From assembly GCA_024679065.1 (NCBI GenBank), contig JAGIQG010000006.1, positions 90,830,001-90,894,000 on the forward strand: DNA of 64,000 nucleotides. Direction: 5' to 3'. This DNA comes from Sphyrna mokarran (Eukaryota). Each line of letters begins with the position of its first letter. Position 1 is the first letter of the stretch. Both the position numbers and the translations under genes were made by a program. The notes under the pieces were generated by a model. The model was not told the origin of the DNA and did no database searches. It saw nothing but the letters and a program-made list of their open reading frames with translations. Below, piece by piece: positions 12,840-26,779 of the stretch.

Positions 12840-13062
12840 ATACAGTAAGTAGCTTGCTAAACAAGGGGGCAGTAGAGAACCAGAGCAGGTAGGAGCAATA
12901 AATTTCCTTTCCTAAAAAGACAGTATTATATCTGATGGGTTATTGTGATGGTTAGCAATCGTTTCATGGTTTTAATTCAGTCGTCTACCATAAGATTTGA
13001 ATCCAAGTCCCTAGAGCATTATCTTGACTCGCTGGATTACTCGTCCAGGGACAATACCACTA
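12840..13062 (-). mobile_element. Decayed tRNA-derived SINE (same family as 59461-59825)
   Basis: Reverse complement shares blocks with the 59461 copy (e.g. aatttcctttccta, gtttcatggtt, gatttgaatcca B-box, ctggatta). Confidence 0.5.
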
Positions 13063-13864
13063 ATAATCACATTCAGATCACATTTCTGCAGACATTTTTA
13101 TTACAAGTTTATCAATTAATCCTGTTGCATAACAGTAGATCCAAAAAACCCTGTTTCCTAGTTTTTTTTTACTAATTTAGGAAACATCTTGCGAGCAATC
13201 CCTATACTTTTCCTCTACATCACTTCATGTAGACATGGTAAGCCAAATCTGAAGATCGAATTTCCTGATTTGCGTTCTGTGTAATGAAGTCACTCAGTGT
13301 TTGGCCCCCAAACGCTATTCTGTTTTCGGCCCCTTGTTTTTAGATCCAAATGAATGATAAGCCTCATCTTAATACAGCATGGAATAATCAAAACTAATTC
13401 CTTTGCCCTTTCTGCTTTTTCTACGTTTTCTCTCTGAAGAATCTTGGAATACTTAATTCTCAACCTTGGTCAATGAAACCACATCTTTGCAGTGGTTATT
13501 AGATCAAACAACTCCTATTTTGTTTTGGTTTGTGAATTTTCTTGCCGGTGCATTACCCAAGTGATTGGCTTTTTTTACTTTTATCTGTTTTATATTAAAA
13601 CATAGAATACAGTATTGTACTGGCTGCTGATCGGTTTGACCATTTAGTTGTTTGCCTTGATACTTGTTTTTTAATTGACCCCAAAAATAGAGTTTCAATT
13701 GTTCTCATTCATTTGAAAATTGTGATCCTGGAAGGTCTCAGCAGGGTCATATATTGCCTTTTGAGGTGGAGTGCCAGGTAGGTATGTTTTAATCATTCAA
13801 CATTAGTGAAATTATGCATACAGCAGATCTCTAGTTGGAATTGGTTAAGGAATATTCAGCACAC

Positions 13865-15140
13865 CTTTTCTGTTCATGAGTGGCACTGGCAAAGCCAGCA
13901 TTTATTGTCTGTCCCTGGTTTCCCTTGAAATAGTAATCTGCAGCCTTGAACCATTACTAGCCATGTGAATCTACTCATTCTGGGTACAGAGTTCCTGGAT
14001 TTTCATCCATGATATGTGCAAGTACAGATGATGTGATTTGGGGGCTTTGCTTTCATGTGCCTGCCATCCTTGACCTAGATGGTGGAAGTTGCAGGTCTGG
14101 ATGATTTATCAAATTGCTGCAGTAGTACACACTCTGGCCACTATTTCCTGGTGAAAATATTATTTGCTACTTAACACAAACATGAATGATGGATGGAGGT
14201 CTTGTAGTCCATGTCCACATACTATATCTGGGGAATGATGATTTGTGCTCAACAAGATGCCCTCAACTTTTAATGTTAGTGGGATGTTGGTCAAAGCAGT
14301 TTAAATGGTTGAACCTAGGATGCTACCTTTGAAGAACTCCTGAAACAGGTCAGAATTGAGGCAATTGATCTTGCAAGAATGACCATCTTTTGTGCTAGTT
14401 TGACTCCTGGCACTTGAGCTTTTTCCAGATCCCTATTTACTTCAGCTTTACCCGGGATTCTTGATTCAAACTAATTACATGCTGTATTAGTGAAAAAGAG
14501 AAGTTCACTTCTCACTTTTGTTTGGGCCAAAACTGTAGAAGTATAGAATTGAGTTGCCCTTCAGTACTCTAACTAAGCAATAGTAATGCTGTCATTGGTG
14601 TAAATGGCACTTAAGACCATTACTCATAATTCCTTTCATCACTTTGCTACTGTGGAGTAGGCTGATGGACCGGTAATTCACCAGATTGGATTTGTTCTGC
14701 TTTCGTGGCCAGGACGTACTGGGCAATTTTCCACATTGTCATTTGGATACCAGCTGCAGCTTTACTTGAACGGTTGATTAAAGGCAGTTATTCTGGAGTA
14801 GCACAGATCTTTAGTGCTACAGCTGGCATCTTATTGGGACACTTGCTCTATCCAGTGCGTGGTACTTTGAGGATTTCAAGGTATTCCTCAAAGTTCCATC
14901 TAAGGTACAGCATTTCAGCTATTTGCTTGTTATTGCACTTGTAATAGATTGAGCTCAGATTTGAAATGTTCTGACCCAACACACATTAATATGCTACCTT
15001 CTAAGGCAAGACAAACTGACTCCTTAAGCTGTCTGTGTTTAAAGCTGGGTCCCATAGATGAAAGACTGTGGTGCCATCAAATAACTGCAGCAAATTTTCC
15101 AAGCCCTTTAAATGAGGGAATTGATCCTTTTTGCATTGGG
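13865..15140 (-). mobile_element. Decayed L2/CR1-group LINE, 3' portion
   Basis: Begins with the reverse complement of the tail ...caataaatgctggc... (gccagcatttattg ~13895), followed by degraded RT-like sequence; same family as the + copy at 63310. Confidence 0.55.
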
Positions 15141-16879
15141 CTTCCATTGTGGAAAAATGCTGGAGATCACTGGTGTATAAGGTATGCATTTAATTTTAGC
15201 CTTGCAGAGCTATTGTATTTTAATCAACCACAATGCTGTGGCATGTTAAATCCATAGCTACTGTCTTGATTCAAAATTTTCTGTCTACTATTTGAACAGA
15301 TCAATAGAAACAAAATTGCTGAAATGAACATCAAAGCTTAAAAATCAATGTGCCTCAACCACAATTTTATTTTTTGAAGTGGCACAGCTTTTTAAGTGAT
15401 GTTTCAATTATTCTAATGTGGCTTTTGCAGTCACAACTCTAGAAATGCCATAAATATGGCAGAGGCTAAAAATTCAGGTTTGTTATCGATCTTAGATGCT
15501 GGGTTTAATCTTGCTCATTCTTGTTTCTCATGCCTATCATTTCACATTACGTTCTTTTGATTTAAAGCAAATTTTTAATTTGTTGCCTATTTTTATGGAA
15601 TGTAGGCCTTGCTGGCTAGGCCAGCATTTATTGCCCATCAGCAATTTGTGATGAACTGCTATAATTGCTGAAATGCAGGGCTTGCATTGGTATTGTAAAA
15701 TATTAAATCTGTTTAATTTGGGATAATATGTAGTTGTATAAATGTTCAATTACATAATATACTGCACATTAATATTGTGATTTTTAATGTTGCAGTATTA
15801 TTCAACCCTTTTCCAACAACTTAGCTTAATTTTTGGAATTCTTGCTTTTAGTATAATCCTTGGTATGGTGGTACGTTAAAGCATGTGTGTATTCTCATCT
15901 TACATATTTTCTCATTGCGCAAGACTGTTCTTTGGAAGTAGTATTACAGAACTTGCCGCTAGTTTGAAATTCTGGTGTTGACTTCAACTAAATTCAAATA
16001 AAATCAAAAATGAGACAACCCAGCACACGTTGCTGAGTGGTGTATTTTGTCTTCTGTTGCCTGATGCAGTTTGCTGTTATTTGTTAATTGCCTACTGTTC
16101 TTTTGGTTAGTCTTGTAAATTTGAATTTGAAATTTTATTTGCAAATAAAGTACTGAAGTCTACCTGTTAATTCTGTATTCTTAGTCAGAAATTGCTGCAT
16201 AAAAGGTCCAAGATACTGAAAGATGAATGTGAAATTACTTGAGTAGGTTTGCAAAATAACACTGCACAATAGATATTATAATTAATTATTTCTCAGGCAA
16301 TTGGTGTTTAGTAAACCAATCCATACCATTTTCCATGATTTAATTTTTATGGTTATATGCATAGTGAATTAAACATTGGCAGCAACTGTAAATAACCTGA
16401 ATGTGAGCCAGATAGTCTGTTCTTGATGTTAAGCTGCTTACTTCTGAATTATAAGTTAAATTTGTGGAAATAGGAACCTTGTCCTATTTGCTTAATTAGG
16501 CAGATACCTTCATATTGACAAAGACATTAATCAAGTGCCATTTAACTTTGCTTGTATTGAGACTTTTTTGCAATCAACTATTGTGGGGATGGATGGTGAG
16601 GATTTTGTCTGTCAACACCCAACACCACTCTGCAATAAATTGGGTTAACTTGTTGGTGGACTGCCTTTGGAAGCATTGTGGGCAAATAAATTGGAAAATG
16701 TTTTCTTGTGGCATTCCTTAGAAGTTGCCTTTGCTTTCAGTGAAACTTGTGTAAAATTGGGTGGCAAAATAACCGGTTGTTGAAGATTATAACCTAAAAT
16801 CTCATCTGAGGCATATGTCAGCACTAATTGAACTGTTCTCTACTTGCCATCTACATGTGGACAAAGTTGCTGCATAAAT

Positions 16880-17126
16880 TCCTAGAATCTCTACAGTGCA
16901 GAAGGAGACCATTCAGCTCATTGCATTTGCACCAACCACAGTCCCACCCAGGCCCTAACCCTGCTAATGATCCTGACACTAGGGTCAATTTAGCATGGTC
17001 AATCAACCTAACCTGCACACCTTTGGACTGTGGGAGGAAAACTGTGCAAACTCCACATTGACCTGAGGCTATAATTGAACCAGGGCCCTGGTGCTATGAG
17101 GCAACAGTGCTAACTAGTGCACGCCT
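16880..17126 (-). mobile_element. HE1/V-SINE-like tRNA SINE
   Basis: aatttagcatggtcaatcaacctaacctgcacacctttggactgtgggaggaaa is the reverse complement of the V-domain core of the 30669 copy; tRNA head at the right (attgaacc...cagtgctaac). Confidence 0.8.
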
Positions 17127-20100
17127 CTACCAATTTTATTATCTCATTCATAATGGCTGAAATGGGACACCTAAGGGTAGGTTATTGGTAAAGCTGGTTC
17201 TCTTCCTATTGTGACACTATTCAATTCTGTATGGTCTGGTATAGTGACTTTTACATGTAAGAAGTATCAACACTAGGTGAGACTTCTTACTCTGTTTACC
17301 CCTGTTCAATGCTGGCATCGCTACATAATGACTTCTAGTCAGGCCTGTGGTATTGATATTCTCCTAATATGTCCCAATTAACAAATTTCTTATTGGCAGA
17401 ATCCACTGTCTCATCAGTGCATGTAAAATGTTCCATTTACTGAATGAAAATAAATCTATAAACTCCTAAATATAAGCATGAATGTACCACTAAAATTGAG
17501 AAGTAGTGAGGGCTTTTGGACCAAAAAGCTGCAATTGAACTGTTGCTGCTAAACCTGCATTGGACGACTTTGGATAGTTGGGATTGATGTTGCACCCATA
17601 CCTCCAGCAAAGTGCTTTCTCTTTGCAGTTTTTTAGATCTATTTAAAAGGAATGTAATTGCACAATAATTATTTGAAATACTTGTCAATGTTTTTAACTA
17701 GTCATCCGTTTCAACATGTGATTTTTTTTCAGAAAGTGTTGAGGGGGGACAATGGAGGTGATGCATTTGCAACTGAACTAGCTGCATTCAGAAGTAAAAG
17801 TGATTAATATCTGAATCTAAAATAGAACCAATCTTGAGTAACTTTTAAAGTGCAGGGCACAACACACTTGTGCATTTTTTTTTACAATATGTTCTCTCAT
17901 TCCATGCAAACAAGTGTATGGGTGAAGTACTGGGGCCTGAAGTGCATAAATTAAGCATGGCATTGGGATTCAAGAGATGACGAGATTCACATCTTTGCAG
18001 TTGCTATTATTATGCCTTAGATTTGGGAGATAAATTTACTCAAATACACAAAGGGGGCAAGAATTTTACTTTGGCTAATGTGCATATCCCATATATCTCT
18101 TAACTAATATTTGTAACTGTTAGAGTGCTGTGCAAGATGCTTGCAAGCTCAAGTACCAAAGAATGAAGTTGAATGTACCAGCTGGTTATAGGTAATTGCA
18201 TTTCTGCTTGGTAAATAAAAGATTAATATTTTGGCTATTTGATCTTAGTTGTGCAGTATGTGTGCATATGTACTAATCTGTTTAAGACAAAAACAAGTTG
18301 GGATTAATTTTGTACTTCTGTTGCTGAATAGCAGATGTTTAATATGTTTACCTATTGTAAGGTATTTTCTACTAAGATGTGCAAAATAGTGTCACCCTAA
18401 CCATATGAAACTGGGCAGCCGTGTCTGTTGGGCAACATTGCTCTAGATGTTCTATAATTGGCAAGTTTGTGATTTTTTTTTTTTTTAAACCTTTTTCTCT
18501 TACCTGCTCCATTTGATAAATGCACTTCTCTGATTTCAGAGGATTTCCTAGGCAGGAAGATAAGGGAGTACATGTTGCATGAGCAGCGTGAAAATGAAAA
18601 TGCACCTTTTTAAATTCCAGTTTTACTGAAGTTGGATTGAGAGGGAATATCAGCAACATTTACCAAGCTACTTAGTTCCAGGACTAGCTAGCAGCCAAAA
18701 CAAATGCCACAGTTATACTTTTTCAAATTATATAGTTAAAATGATTAAATCCTGCAGACAAATGTAATGTTTCTTAAGAAGTAATCCCTCAACCGAAGTT
18801 AGTGACTAATGGAACAAATAAAAGATGAGTAGCCCTACACAGCTTAATGGAAACGTCTTTCCTACTGGAACTTTTCACTTCAGTTTTAGTTTTGAAAGAT
18901 TAATCTCTCCTGATTTGTTGTCTGCACCACTAGAATTTTCAACTACAATGCATTTGCTTCACTTGTCAGGATGGATATTTGGAACAAGCTTGTCAAGTTC
19001 AGATGCTGTTCAATTCAATGTCAGAAGTGTTGCATTCAAGTGAGGTGTGAAGCCAAATTTGTCTACCTGCCCTCACTATGATATTTTAGAGGACATAACC
19101 TGCTTTGTCACTAAGTGAATCAAATAATCATTCTTTTTGCTTGTTAATATTGGTGAAGTTACTGCATGCCTGTTTGGGAGATCTTGATTAAATTTATATA
19201 GGGGAAAAACTGTTTTAAGATGGCTCTCTTTCTCCATTTTTGTAATAAATTTACTTTTGTGACTTTTGGAATCAGAATTTTCATCTGGTATTGGTACGTC
19301 TGAAAAGTTTTTGTTCAGCTAAAGCACCTACTTTTTAGCTCTATCCAAATATATGCCAATGGCCAAATTTCTCCTAATGTTTTAATATTATGGGTGAATT
19401 TTTTCATCCAGGAGCTCTTGTCCTCACCACCTCCCCGTTCTTATTTCCAGTTCGACCAACTCATTTACAGGTTTCTCAAGTGTAGGTGCAGCTTTGATTT
19501 GGAAATAAATTGGCATAAAACCTTAGCATTCATGTTAGGCTACAGAAGTGTAGCTCTTTGCTATGTCTTGGCTAAACGAGATGTGGTAGAAAAGCAAAGC
19601 AAGTTTCAATTTATAGCAGGATTGTATTTTTGTTTAATGGTAATTTTGGAATGCTGCAGGAAGTGGACATGGATAGAAATTTTAAATTGCAGTTTGCATG
19701 AAATATCTTGCATTATCCTTACTCTTGTTAGAGTCTGAGCAGATATTGATCTTGAAATGGGTGGAATCATTTTGAAGATTCAATTATTCCAGCTCTCTTC
19801 ATTTCTGCAATTTCACCTGCTTAAAATTGTCAGGAAAGAGATTGGAATTTAACTTTTTTTGGTATGGGTGTTTTAAGTGTAGTAGAATTATGGGCATCTT
19901 GAAAGTTTGGGAAAGTCAAACTTGGACCTCTTGTACTTGCTATGCCTGCTTGCTAATTTGGCTCCTTCTGCAGTATTCTGCATCTTTTTCTGCAGAATTT
20001 TCTAAAATGTACTGTCAATAGAGTTTGTATCTGGTGACTTTTGTCACCTTTTTTTAACCCCCTCTTCAGCCTTCCTTTCAATTGAAAAGTAGTTTGTATA

Positions 20101-22289
20101 GATGAAGAACATGTATGTTATCCATATTGGGATCTATCCAGTGTTGGTATGTTTTCTATTTACCTTCTAGCAGAACACTGAAATTGCCTCCTAAGACTTG
20201 CAAAGTTTTTCTTTGTAATTGATCTCCTGAATTTGGTCTGGAATCCAGTTGATGGTTTTTGCATGTTGATGAGATGGACTTTGAATAAATTGTCCTGCTT
20301 CAGTCAGTGGTGTGAGGACATCGCAGATATTGAAACAAGAGTCAGTGACTAATGATCACTTTCACCACTGCCTGCCAAAAAAATACCCAGCTTTCAGAAC
20401 ATGACAGTACTAACCCACTTCTGTAACTCAACTGTCCTCTGACAAATCTTGTCACTCCTGCCTAGTGTGAGCTAATTTTAGAATTACTTATCTTTTCAAC
20501 AGTCAACCTTGGTTTTGAGTTTGTATCATGAAATATAATAACTCACTGCCACCACAAGCATAGCTTTTAATCGATGCACTAGCCTAAATGTGTTCTGGGA
20601 AATGTTCTTTTGATTTTGGTTTGTCTTGTTTTGTCTTCTGAATTTGACTGGAATATAAATGTGAAAGTGCACATGAAGTTGGTAGGTTTCATGAGTAAAT
20701 CCTGGGATAAAGTAGAATCAAAAATGACTGGAAATCATTTCTCCATTCTTTGCCTATTTAAAGTTGTATAGCAATCCACTCAGACTAGGCTATCTGGGGA
20801 GAAAAAGGTGCACTCTATTCTGCTCGAGTTAGTAGTAATGCTATCTTAATGTTTTGCTAGATCTAGTATTAACTTCGGGAATCTGCATGCAGGACATAAC
20901 TGGATTTCTGAAAGGTGACTGATTTTTTTTTTCAGTTCAGAATAAGCTTTTGCTGTATTGGTCTTACGTTCTTGAGCTTCTCTTCCTTGTAGTCCTGGAT
21001 GTTATGTTAGTGTCCCGACTGGCAGATTGTGATAATTCTGTGAACCGCAGTCCTCTTGAGCGTTTTTAGGTTGCCTATTGCCAGATCTCTAGCTTGAGTC
21101 TAATCTGAGTCTGAAGTTCTTCAATTGCAGCTCTGCCCAATGACATTCTCTGTTACTCAAACTCATTGGCAGGTGAGCAATATGCTAAATTAACGAATAC
21201 ATTTCTCATTGCAAAAAAGGTGTTGTGAAATACAGTAATTTGTTTGAACAACCCAACTTTGTATTGTCTTCATACAGTGAGGAATATTAACATTAAAGTT
21301 CCATGGCATAATGATGCTTTTAGCTTTCTTCAATGTGACTTGTTCAAATATGGGAATTGCTGGCACAGTTGTATTTATTTTGTATCCTTATTTGAGAAGT
21401 TAGTGGGTTGTTTTGAACTAGTGCTGTGTTCTTACATTGATGGGATTTCTATAATTTGAGAATTCCAAATGTTTAGAAAATTAGTACTAATGAGTATTTG
21501 AATCCATTCGTTGTGAACTTTGAAGCAAAGTCAAGGTGTAAATCTGAACTTCATTTTAAACTATCAAGTCCAAAGTTGGAACTTTCTGTAAAGGCTATAT
21601 AGTAATTGGTTAGTGTTTAATGTAAATGCATCAGTTGCTGTATTACAAACTAGTTCACATCAGTTTGTTATCCCTAAGCTTAATTCATCTTCCCAGTAGT
21701 ACCTGAGTTGGCCCTTCTTCATAAAGGGCAAAACTTGCTGCTGTAGCCAGACGTCTCCTCTCTGGAACTTCACTGACTGTAGTTCTGAATTGAACGTAGT
21801 GTATGTGAAACTTTTTTAGTAGATGTTCAAATGGTCTTGTATGATAAATGCAAAACATCTATTTTGCTAGGCCAAGCTCAAAACTACAATTGTAGGAGCA
21901 TATGTAAATATCTAGATTGCTGAAACCCACTTGTGCATCACCCCAAGTTGATTTGTCCTAGTGGAAGTACAATTGTACTTTACAATTTTGTATGTAGTTT
22001 TCTTAATGTATTGATTTAAAAATTGCAGAGCCTGGCTGCAATTTTGTCAATATCCCTCCATCAATAGCTGATTCATTATACTAACTTGTGCATGGGGAAT
22101 TCTCATCTGTATGTAATTATTTTAGAATGAGATTAGATTGGAATTGCCTCAAATTGTCTTGAGCCCAAACTGCATGGACATGCTTTGAATATACATAAGG
22201 CATTGTAAACTGATTTGTTGCATTATCTTGTTAATCTAACATACGGTACTCTTTTGTGTCCATATTGCAGACGGCAACTCCAAACTAAC

Positions 22290-22361
22290 ATGGCAGTCAG
22301 ACTGTGTGATGTGGCTACTCTGCTTAGAAGTGGTTCGTGGGCTGCAGAGCCTTGGACTGGG
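22290..22361 (+). CDS. ELAVL2: ELAVL2 alternative N-terminal coding exon (exon 22271-22361), MAVRLCDVATLLRSGSWAAEPWTG
   Basis: Acceptor ttttgtgtccatattgcag| ends 22270; branch-like CTAAC 22236-22240; ATG 22290 in strong Kozak context (aacATGG); 24 codons; donor GGG|gtctgt, phase 0. Matches from memory the long-isoform N-terminus of vertebrate ELAVL2/Xenopus ElrB (MAVRLCDVASLLRSGSWAAEPWTGQVIAAM). Confidence 0.9.
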
Positions 22362-24511
22362 GTCTGTGGGACTTTTCTTTAAATTTAGTAGTGACTTAAG
22401 ATATTTTATTGAGGCCATACCAAAAACCTACTATGCATCTTGTTGTCATAGGTACTGTAGTCTTGCAAAAATGTAATTGGTTCAGAAACATTTATGGTTC
22501 TTTTGGAACAGCATGAGACTTTATCTATTTTAAAAAAGCTCTATGTAAAGTGAAGCCAATGCAACTATTTTTGGTATGGTCTGATTAGAGCTTGCATAAT
22601 AACAGTGGTTTGTTGAAAGTGGATTTGTTGTATTATGTCAACTGCTGTAGTGGTGCACATGTTTAATTGCTGTTAACCTTTAGACTGAGTTGCAAATAGC
22701 ATTTGTGAAATTTTCATCTTGCGTTTTAAAATCATTTACCACATCCCCATATTTACAACACGGATCAGGGTATGTGGCGATTCAAATGTAAATTTCCTTA
22801 AGTGAAATGTAGTGATCATTTTAAAAAATGGCCTGTTGGCTAGAAAGCTATTTCTGCTGTTGAGTGCATAGGTTAATGCAGCTGTTCACTGGAATTCTGG
22901 CCTAATGCTATTTCTACCACCTACAAACCAAAATAGATTTATGACCTGTCATTAGAAATGTCTTTGTGTCTAATCATTACAGTAAATGTCTAGGTTATTA
23001 TCCCGTTCTTGCAAGTGCTCTGCATTTGTTTTTACAGCCTTTTTGGCCTTTGTAATTCTAAGACAGCAAAGTTTCTGAATATACCTAGTGGTGTTTGGTT
23101 GTTTTTTCCACTTTCCTTGGATAACAAGCTTCAAGCTGGAAGTGAGTTTGTACAGATTTTCTGTTCTGTACAATTTGGGAATACTAGTTCAACAGAATTT
23201 GATCATTTAAACACTTCAATATGCATCTGCTGTGTCTGGCATACTGTATTGAACTTAGCATTTGTAATGCCTAAATTGAATAAACTGATGTACTTTGAAT
23301 TGAAATTCTTAACTTTTTATTACACAATTGAATACTTTGCTGCTTTCCCCTAATCTCAGCCTTGTACCTTGACCATTTCTAAATTAATCAGGCCTAAACT
23401 GCTTGGGGTCATTAGCTTCATTCTGAGCTCAACACATTGTCACTGTCAAATATCCATTCTTTTGCTTTGGTTTCAAAGGGTCTTAATACAGCATCATAAA
23501 GTTGCTAATAGTTTTGTTCAGGTACTGATGCATTTTTTTTCTGTTGGTAACCTTTTGTATTCCCCTATTGTGTTCCAAATTCTAGTGCAATACCCCTCAT
23601 TATTCTCAGTGGGTTGAATAGAATGGAGGGGTGAAGAATAGTATGGTGTATACCTATATTGAAATGCACAGTTTCATTTCTGAATGATAAGGGGACAGAT
23701 TTTTAAAGACACTTGGCTGTAGCATTCATCAGAGAAGGCAAATAATTCTGTTTTTGCAATTGAACAATTGCAAATGCTTGCTGTCATTGTGCACAGAACT
23801 CATCTTCTGCGAGTACTGATGATAAGCCTTTTCCCTGTATCTTAAAATATTGAAAAATGAGGTGATGTCGAGCTTTCATCCAGGTGAACACCTTTTGAAT
23901 TGTAAACAAACTCTGGAGAAATTTGACCAAATTCCTGTCATCTGCACTAAATGTGAATTATTCAGTAGCTTTCAAGCTGCATTTTGTCTTGTTATAGGAT
24001 GGTATATTTAAGGATTGCCGTTCAAACAAATTTAAAACTTTTTTAGGCTTTGGGAAGGTGGGAGGAGGTGTGAAAGGGGAAAAAAGATTTTACCAGACTA
24101 AGTAAAAGAGAATGTTGTACACTGTAGTGATAGTGAAGAACTATTAGCATTGTCATACAGTAAATAAGGTGGATGAAGATTTCACCTAAATGATGCCAAA
24201 ATGAATTCTTTTGTATGCAAACATGTTGACATTAGACATTTCTTCTAACACTTGACACATTTATTTGTAATAATAACCAGTTAATTTTTTGAGCTAGTTC
24301 AGGATGTAAATTACCAGCAGCAAATGCTACATTTCTAATTTAGCTTGATGTCTGCAGGACTAACCTTTTTTGAGTTTTAAAATGGATGCTGCAAGTGATG
24401 TAATTGATCAAGTCCTAGTTTTAGCTGGTTTCTAAGATGTTTTATTAACCCCTATTTATAGTCGGGGTTTGTCATCAAAATACTATTTATAGGCTACAGT
24501 AAAGCAACACA

Positions 24512-24538
24512 GCAATATTTCACCACCAGATGGCATTG
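24512..24538 (+). promoter_or_regulatory. Candidate CTCF site
   Basis: CCACCAGATGGCA core at 24523-24535, preceded by gcaatattt resembling the upstream CTCF module. Confidence 0.55.
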
Positions 24539-25399
24539 GTCTAGTAGCTGTGAATGTGCACGACTATTCATGCATAGTTCCGGCAATCTTGCAGTATAGT
24601 TGAAGCACGAGTGATGTCAAGCTAACTTATTTTAATGAACTATGAATTTGAAGCTTAACTGATTTGTAAAACTACTAATTCTTATCAGTAGTGGTTACAG
24701 GATGTTGAAGACTATGGCTATTCAAACTAGAGTTGGTAGATTCTAAAAATATCAAGCTCAAGTTGCAAAAAAAAATTGAATTTTAAAATAAAATCCATGG
24801 AAGGCTATTGTGATAGCGATATTACAGATCACAACATTCTTTCAAGGAATTATAGCATTTTAATTTCAAATCTTTGCATTCTTTCACCTGTGCATTGAAT
24901 TGCTTGTTACTTTTCAACATTTGGGATTTCAAAATTGAAGTAATTTTTAGAATATTAAAATGTTCCATTGATTAACAGGCTATTGCTACTTGGGTTATAA
25001 ATACATTCTTGAAAGATAAAACTAAATCACAGGGAAACTAGATGTACCATATCTGTAGCAATGTCGTGTAGCTGTTATCCAACATTCAGTTTCTCAAATA
25101 TCATGGGAATAAGATTATCTTTCATTTTAAGAAGCTGATTTGAGCTCAGTTTGGCTGTAATTCTTAAAGTCTCTTGATCTTGGCCTTAAATTTCAATTGA
25201 CCTAAGATTATCATTATTGTCCCAGTACCAAGTATACTACTTGAAGGGCAATTTTTAAAATATCTACCTTGCAGTAGATAGCCTGGGATGTACCTTGCTA
25301 TGGATTTCTCCCAGAGGTATTGGTTTGTCTATCTTTGAATTTTTTAGTAATGTAAATACTTTGATTCCAGTGTTCAAAACTCAAACCACATGCCCTCGA

Positions 25400-25800
25400 C
25401 TTAACTCCGATTCTATAAAATCATTGAACTTGTGCTATTGGATTTACATTCTCCAAGGCCAATAATCATTTCCCTGTGTGTTGAGAACTAAATGTTCTCC
25501 AAATATGGTCTAGTCTGGTCCAGGCTCCCCACTTATTCCAGTCCCCATGATAAAAGGCAAACACTGCATTAGCTTTTTATGTTAATCTTTTGTACCTGGC
25601 CTTTTATTTCGAGTAACTGAATATCAAATTCTGCTCCACCACAGTTTATTGTTTCTCATTATAGTTAAAATTAATTTTCCTTTGAAATAAGATCGCGCAC
25701 ACCACATTTTAACCCATTCTGTCAATTTGTTTGTGTTGCTTTGTAATTTCCTGCTGTCAGCTGCATAACTTACTGTTCTTCCCAACTTGGTTATCTTGAA
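25400..25800 (-). mobile_element. Old CR1 fragment
   Basis: Minus ORF KLGRTVSYAADSRKLQSNTNKLTEWVKMW resembles the CR1 RT C-terminus. Confidence 0.55.
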
Positions 25801-26209
25801 TATCAAACTGTTAACAGTGGAAAAAGTAAGGCCTCAAATATCCACACAGAATACTACTTCTCGTATTCTGTATGTACTCTTCATTCCTACTGAATATGCT
25901 TCTGAAGCTTATCAATTGGCCTGTGCGCAGTGGTTGGATATAGTTATAGACTTTAAAAGCTGGATACAAATGCTGGATTTGTGACAAGTGTTGAGGATGA
26001 AAACAAATATTTTAAATTTATCTTTGATTAGCATTTCATATATGTTAACTATAAGTCAGGGCACAAGCAGGCTTAAACTGTAGTGTTTTTTCAAATTTTA
26101 AATGTTTGCCATTTCTGAAAGATAACTTAACCAAGACATTGGGGTTATGTTGAATGAGTTGCTCGAATGAGTTCAAAAAGGTAACATTGCCTTGTCTATC
26201 TTTATATAG

Positions 26210-26479
<270 letters not shown>

Positions 26480-26779
26480 TAGTTGTATGTTCTGTTTGCT
26501 TCAGTGTTTATAGTTTTTAAATGGCTACGTTTGCAGAGCTTCTAGTACAGACAGTTGTTGACAACATTGACCGAGATACTTCAGATGCATATTGTGTGAA
26601 GCTGTTGACATTATTTGATAATCACCAGTTCTAAATTGTTCCATTTGAGTATTTGTTCACTTGCTATTTTTAATTTTCCTTCAAGCTAAGATCTAATGAA
26701 TTTATAATTTAAGATCTCTTGCATAACTAATGTCATATGAAGATAAAATGATTTACGGTTTAGAAAAATTAGAATTGTG

